A DNA stretch of 64,000 nucleotides from Gemmatimonadales bacterium (GTDB taxonomy: Bacteria; Gemmatimonadota; Gemmatimonadetes; Gemmatimonadales; GWC2-71-9): assembly GCA_036006525.1 (NCBI GenBank), contig DASYPP010000047.1, positions 8,077-72,076 on the forward strand, in the 5' to 3' direction. Positions 59,791-64,000 of the stretch are shown one piece after another; the first letter of the stretch is position 1; the number at the start of each line of letters is the position of its first letter. The notes under the pieces were generated by a model, which saw nothing but the letters and a program-made list of their open reading frames with translations, was not told the DNA's origin and made no database searches. The position numbers and the translations under genes were made by a program.

Positions 59791-61124
59791 TCTTTGAATG
59801 TATCCTCCAGCCGGTTCAGCATCTCCTGCAACAGCTTCTCATCGATGCCGAGCGCCGGCTCCAGCCGGATGACCCGGGCGTTGGAGTAAGTGCCCGCCAC
59901 CAGCACGCCCCGCTTGAACAATCCGGACGCAACCTTCCAGCCGATTTCCTGGGCATGGAACTCCATACCGATGAGCAGGCCCCGGCCTCGCACCTCCTTC
60001 AGCACCTGGGGATAGCGGCGCTTGAGGTCGTTGAGGGCGGCGAGCACCAGCACGCCCTTGGTCGCGGCCTGGCCGGGGAGATCTTCCGACAAGGTGACCT
60101 CCAGCGCCGCCATGCCCGCCGCGCACGCCAGCGGGTTTCCACCGAACGTGGTGGAATGGATGATCGGGTTGGGGATCATCACTTCCCAGACCTTGGCGCT
60201 CGCGATGAACGCGGAGAGAGGCATTACGCCGCCGCCCAGCGACTTGCCCAGGCACATGATGTCGGGGACGACGTTCCAGTGGTCCACGCCCCAGAGTTTG
60301 CCGGTGCGGCCCATGCCGGTCTGCACTTCGTCGGCGATGAGCAGGGCGCCGTATTTCGTACATAACTCCCGGGCCCGGGGGAAATAGTCATCGGGGGGAA
60401 CCACGGCGCCGGCCTCGCCTTGCACCGGCTCCAGCACCACGCCGGCGATCCGGGTCCCGACGGCATCGGCCCTGACGAACTCCTGCTCCAGCGCGTTCGC
60501 GTCGCCGAAGGGCACGAACAGCACGTCCTGCAATCCCTGCTGGAACGGCTCCCGGAACATGGCCTTGCCCATGAGTGAGAGCGATCCCAGGGATTTGCCG
60601 TGGAAGCCGGAGAGTGTCGAGATGAAGGTATGCCGCTTGGTGTAGAGCCGGGCCAGCTTGATGGCGCCTTCGACCGCGTCAGTCCCGTTGTTGATGAAGA
60701 AGGAGTTCTGCAGGTCTCCCGGCGTGGCCTCGGCTAGCAGCTTGCCCAGTGCACCGCGCCATGGCTCCAGCAGCTCCTGGCTGTTCAAGGCCATGCGCTG
60801 CATCTGGGTGATCACGGCGTGCACGATCTTCGGATGGTTCACCCCGGCGCTGAAGATGCCGTAACCGCCCAGGCAATCGATGTATTCGCGGTCCAGGATG
60901 TCCTTGAGGATGGAACCCTGCCCCGACCATTCGATGGCCGCGAACTGGCCGGCTTCCGTCACCGACTTGCGATAGGTGATGAAGCCGCGGTTGTAATAGG
61001 TAGCGTAATTTTCGACGGTCTCAGCGATGAAGGCTTGCTTCTCTTCCAGTGACAACGCAGGGGCTTCCAGCAGTTTCAGGTACCGGCGGGCGTGCGCGAG
61101 GACTTCAGGGGTCGGCAGTCGCAA
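59784..61124 (-). CDS. Class III aminotransferase, putrescine aminotransferase-like
   Basis: YgjG/PatA-like N-terminus (YYNRGFITYRKSV..). PLP lysine context ADEVQTGMGRTGKLW. TTG start. Confidence 0.8.
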   Translation of the reverse strand: MRLPTPEVLAHARRYLKLLEAPALSLEEKQAFIAETVENYATYYNRGFITYRKSVTEAGQFAAIEWSGQGSILKDILDREYIDCLGGYGIFSAGVNHPKIVHAVITQMQRMALNSQELLEPWRGALGKLLAEATPGDLQNSFFINNGTDAVEGAIKLARLYTKRHTFISTLSGFHGKSLGSLSLMGKAMFREPFQQGLQDVLFVPFGDANALEQEFVRADAVGTRIAGVVLEPVQGEAGAVVPPDDYFPRARELCTKYGALLIADEVQTGMGRTGKLWGVDHWNVVPDIMCLGKSLGGGVMPLSAFIASAKVWEVMIPNPIIHSTTFGGNPLACAAGMAALEVTLSEDLPGQAATKGVLVLAALNDLKRRYPQVLKEVRGRGLLIGMEFHAQEIGWKVASGLFKRGVLVAGTYSNARVIRLEPALGIDEKLLQEMLNRLEDTFKEI

Positions 61125-61150
61125 TTAATCGGCGCTCCAGTCTTTCTCGA

Positions 61151-61247
61151 GGCGGCAACAGGCGGTAGTGGGCGGTAGTGGGCGGTATAAGGCGGTAAAC
61201 ACATACCACCTATTACCGCCCTTTACCGTCTATTACCGCCTTTTACG
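61151..61247. repeat. Oligomer-tandem palindrome (GGCGGTAGTG decamers)
   Basis: Left arm GGCGGCAACA GGCGGTAGTG GGCGGTAGTG GGCGGTATAA GGCGGTAA. Right arm CCACCTATTACCGCCCTTTACCGTCTATTACCGCCTTTTACG. Confidence 0.85.
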
Positions 61248-62385
61248 ATTTGATTTCCGTCCAGATCTGATCCCACAACTGCGTGTCGGCGCCCAGGTCC
61301 ACCTGGTACTCGAGCCGGGTGAGTTCTTCGGTCGAGGGATAGGGTACCGGGGTGGCGAGGACCGCCTTGGCGTTGGGCGAGCCGTATCCGGTGAAATTGG
61401 AAATCGCCGAGGCGACTTCGGGTCGCATGATGTAATTCATGAATTCATGCGCGGCCCGGGGGTGCTGCGAGGACTTGGGGATCACCAGCGAGTCGGACCA
61501 GATGGTGCAGCCTTCCTTGGGCAGCACGTACCCCAGGTTGGGCTGCGAGACCTTGGCCTGGCTGGTGTCGCCGTTCCACAGCTGGGCGATGTGAACGTCG
61601 CCGGCGATCAGCTGGTCCTTGACCGGTGCCGAGATGTAGGCCTTGAGATGGGCCTTGGCTGCGATGGCGTCGGCCTTCGCTTCCTGCAGCTCGGTGGGGT
61701 TCCGCGAATTCAGGGAATGTCCCTTGAAGCGGAGGAAGGCGCCGATCACTTCGCGCCCGTCGTCCATCATGGTCATTTTCTTGTGATACTGGGCATTCTG
61801 GAAGACGGCCCAGCTGTCCGGCGCCGGCGTCACCTTGTCGGTCCGGTAGGCGATGCCCGTGGTTCCCCACTGCCATGGCACCGTGTAGCGATTGCCGGGA
61901 TCGGTCGCCAGGTCCCGGAAAATGGGAGACATGTTGACGCTGTTGGTGAGGTACTTGGGGTTGATCGGCTGGATCAGGTTGGTGGCGGTGAGCACCGGGA
62001 TGATGTAGCCGGAGGGCACCACCAGGTCGTACCCGGCCGCGCCGGCCTGCAGCTTGGCCACCATCTCCTCGTTGCTCTCATAGGTATCGTAGGTGACCTT
62101 CACCCCGAATTCCTTCTCGAAGTTGGGCACCGTGTCTTCCGCGATATAGTCCGACCAGTTGTAGATGTTGAGCTCTTTCTCGATCGGGCCCAGGTCGGCC
62201 ATCGCCGTAGTACTGTCGGCGCCGGGAGTCTTGTCGCCTTCTTTCTTGGCGCACGAGGCCAGCACCATCCCGATGGTGCTCAGGCTCAACCCCAGCGCCA
62301 TGCCACGGGTGACGAACTCACGGCGGCTCACGCCTCCACTCATGACCTCATTCACCAGCTTCTCCGCTTCTTTCTTTGTGCTCAC
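61243..62385 (-). CDS. PotD/PotF-like spermidine/putrescine-binding protein with Tat-type signal
   Basis: SRREFVTRGMALGLSL twin-arginine leader. IYNWSDYI motif. AGGAGG sits 4 nt upstream of GTG 62385. Confidence 0.85.
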   Translation of the reverse strand: MSTKKEAEKLVNEVMSGGVSRREFVTRGMALGLSLSTIGMVLASCAKKEGDKTPGADSTTAMADLGPIEKELNIYNWSDYIAEDTVPNFEKEFGVKVTYDTYESNEEMVAKLQAGAAGYDLVVPSGYIIPVLTATNLIQPINPKYLTNSVNMSPIFRDLATDPGNRYTVPWQWGTTGIAYRTDKVTPAPDSWAVFQNAQYHKKMTMMDDGREVIGAFLRFKGHSLNSRNPTELQEAKADAIAAKAHLKAYISAPVKDQLIAGDVHIAQLWNGDTSQAKVSQPNLGYVLPKEGCTIWSDSLVIPKSSQHPRAAHEFMNYIMRPEVASAISNFTGYGSPNAKAVLATPVPYPSTEELTRLEYQVDLGADTQLWDQIWTEIKS

Positions 62386-62397
62386 AAGTCCTCCTGG

Positions 62398-62424
62398 AAG
62401 GCGGTAAGGCGGTCAGGCGGTCAG
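62398..62424. repeat. Octamer tandem AAGGCGGT filling an intercistronic gap
   Basis: AAGGCGGT AAGGCGGT CAGGCGGT CAG, between the oxidase stop (62421) and the potD-like SD/start. Confidence 0.7.
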
Positions 62425-63719
62425 TGATCCAGCAGATCTCGTAATCGAAACCAGGCTCCCGCCAGCGGCAAGAACCAGGGACGGCCATTGTACAGCGGGA
62501 TAGCGGGAAAGTCCAATCCGGCAATGGGGGGCGGGTCCCCTCCCGCCATATACTCACCCATTCGATGGCCGAGGTAAAGGGACATGGCCACACCGTGTCC
62601 GCCATAGCAGCAGGCGTAGGCTATTCCGTTCAGGCGCCCGGCGTGGGGCACCTGGTCCCGGGCAAATCCCAGCGTGCCGGACCAGCTGAAATCGACCGGG
62701 GTCTCCGCCAGCTCCGGGAAAATCACGACCATGTCCCGGCGGAGACGCGCCGCGGCCGCCGCGGTCGAGATGGGAGAAAAGGCGGCCCGCCCCCCGAACA
62801 GCAGCCGGCCGTCGCCCGACAGGCGATAGTAGTGCAGCAGGTGGCGGCAATCACTCACGACCCGGCCCTGGGGGATGAGCCGTCGCTGGAGACCGCGCTC
62901 CAGTGGCGCAGTCGCGATGATGTGACTGCCGACCGGGATCACCCGGCGGCGGAGCGCCGGATCCGGCGGTCGGTAGCCGTTAGTGGCGACCAGGACGTCG
63001 TCCGCGGTGAGCCTTCCCCGAGTGGTCTCGATCGTAAATCGGCCCCCGGTCCGGCTGACGGCCGTCACCCGGGTGTCCTCGGCTACCGTCGCTCCCGCGT
63101 CGAGCGCTGCGCGCCGCACCCCGGCCAGCAACAGTGCGGGCTGCACCGACCCGGCGCGGGGATCCAGCGCTCCTCCGACGTAACGCGCCGATCCGACTTC
63201 CTCGCCGATCCGGTCGACGCCCAGCATGGTGGTCGGATAACGGCAGCGCAGCTCCAGGAGTTCACAAGTCCGTTCGAGGTCCTCCAGCTGCCGCCGCGAC
63301 TCCGCCGCGGCCAGGTACCCGGCCCGGCGATAGTCGCACTCGATGGCTTCCTCCGCGATCAGCGATTCCACGAAAGTCATGGCGTGAAGTGATTCTTCGA
63401 ACAGCTCCAGGGCCCGGGTGAAGCCCAGCTGGCGAATGAGGCCGGACAACTCCCGCTTGTAGCCGGGCAGGACGAAGCCGCCGTTCCGGGTGCTGGCCCC
63501 CGCCCCGGCCGTCTCGGCCTCGATGACCAGGGCTTTAGCGCCCCGGCGCGCGAGCGCCCGCGCCGCGGCAAGCCCGGTGTAGCCGGCGCCGACGATGGCG
63601 ATGTCGGCGTGGGCGGGGAGCGGGTAGGTCGGGCCCCCGTGCCCGACTGGCTCCGGGCCTCCGTGCCCGACTGTAGAGACGTCAGCTTGATCCGCCGTCC
63701 AGAAAACCCCTGGAATGAT
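62421..63719 (-). CDS. FAD-dependent (DAO/PuuB-like) oxidoreductase, non-canonical ATC/ATT start
   Basis: The Rossmann motif DIAIVGAGYTGLAAARALARRG lies upstream of the first canonical start (TTG 63449) in an open frame. GGAGG sits 5 nt upstream of ATC 63719. Confidence 0.8.
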   Translation of the reverse strand: MIPGVFWTADQADVSTVGHGGPEPVGHGGPTYPLPAHADIAIVGAGYTGLAAARALARRGAKALVIEAETAGAGASTRNGGFVLPGYKRELSGLIRQLGFTRALELFEESLHAMTFVESLIAEEAIECDYRRAGYLAAAESRRQLEDLERTCELLELRCRYPTTMLGVDRIGEEVGSARYVGGALDPRAGSVQPALLLAGVRRAALDAGATVAEDTRVTAVSRTGGRFTIETTRGRLTADDVLVATNGYRPPDPALRRRVIPVGSHIIATAPLERGLQRRLIPQGRVVSDCRHLLHYYRLSGDGRLLFGGRAAFSPISTAAAAARLRRDMVVIFPELAETPVDFSWSGTLGFARDQVPHAGRLNGIAYACCYGGHGVAMSLYLGHRMGEYMAGGDPPPIAGLDFPAIPLYNGRPWFLPLAGAWFRLRDLLDH

Positions 63720-63776
63720 TTGAGCCTCCGTTGATGCATTGGTGTGAATCTGAACGAATCAGCCAACGGAGCCGTC

Positions 63777-64000
63777 ATGAAAAAACACGCACTGGAGGCG
63801 TATCGCCGGCATCTGCCTCATTGGCGCGCCCCAGAGAGTACCTATATGGTGAACTGGTGCCTTAAGACAAGGCAGCCGGATCTCTCCGGGCCTGAGCGTT
63901 CAATAGTGACTTCAGCGATTCGTCATTTCGAGGACGATCGCTATGGCTTGCACGCATTCGTCGTCATGAACGATCACGCACATGTCATCGTAACACCTCG
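63777..64000 (+). CDS. IS200/RAYT-like HUH (Y1) transposase, 3' end outside window
   Basis: RHLPHW..YMVNW and FVVMNDHAHVIV (HUH) motifs. GC and GC3 are visibly lower than in the neighbours. Confidence 0.7.
   Translation, partial: MKKHALEAYRRHLPHWRAPESTYMVNWCLKTRQPDLSGPERSIVTSAIRHFEDDRYGLHAFVVMNDHAHVIVTP

Noticed and set aside
999-62424. Considered whether the tandem-unit repeats could be CRISPR arrays or degenerate minisatellites from assembly error.
   Set aside because: Units are 7-10 nt with no spacers, so they are not CRISPR. Their precise placement at stop and start codons, and the paired reverse-complement arms, argue against random assembly artefacts.
63377-63778. 133-aa ORF from ATG 63778 in another frame over the oxidase N-terminus.
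   Set aside because: The translation is Ser/Arg/Pro-rich nonsense, while the other frame encodes the GxGxxG FAD fold. It would matter only if a sequencing indel joins the two frames; this is listed as a refutation test.

Overview
This is a high-GC bacterial chromosomal window (about two thirds G+C by eye, with third codon positions mostly G/C). It is densely coding. I call 61 protein genes and find no rRNA, tRNA or CRISPR.

Gene content, left to right:
- a 5'-truncated radical SAM gene
- a SusC/SusD pair
- a BamA-like outer membrane protein
- a HAD hydrolase
- glnA
- a YCII / DHFR-like / ECF-sigma trio
- a signalling and exopolysaccharide operon: HD-GYP response regulator, CheY-like receiver, a 1160-aa membrane-anchored HEAT-repeat protein, a processive family-2 glycosyltransferase, and a REC-HisKA protein with no kinase domain
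- a PlsB-like acyltransferase
- an AraC-like / REC / MerR-like / LemA / M48 gene chain
- a small secreted Cys peptide next to a TPR protein
- an orphan pseudopilin
- a YhaM-like HD protein
- a Big_2/LVIVD protein
- cspA
- a LivJ-like binding protein translationally coupled to an MCP
- a TPR-CsgG-like lipoprotein plus a beta-barrel
- a cupredoxin, lepB, a TolB-like protein, bcp, an M14 carboxypeptidase, a CBS protein
- an RND efflux triplet
- a second HEAT protein
- a TorF-like porin
- a polyamine-catabolism cluster
- a 3'-truncated IS200/RAYT-like HUH transposase

The repertoire suggests a Gemmatimonadota-like soil bacterium; this is inference only.

Most notable observations:
1. The translationally coupled REC / HEAT / GT2 / REC-HisKA operon has none of the accessory genes of known synthase-dependent polysaccharide systems.
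2. A window-wide family of intergenic oligomer-tandem palindromes has arms made of 7-10 nt tandem units. The G-rich arm is always first on the + strand, and some arms are canonical G4 motifs.
3. Several genes have N-termini that can only be translated from ATC/ATT codons placed behind GGAGG Shine-Dalgarno sequences. The FAD oxidase at 63719 is the clearest case.
4. An AraC-type regulator, a 21-nt-phased direct-repeat operator, a 45-aa secreted Cys peptide and a cytoplasmic TPR protein sit together as one module.

All functional calls come from motif recognition by eye. No database search was run.
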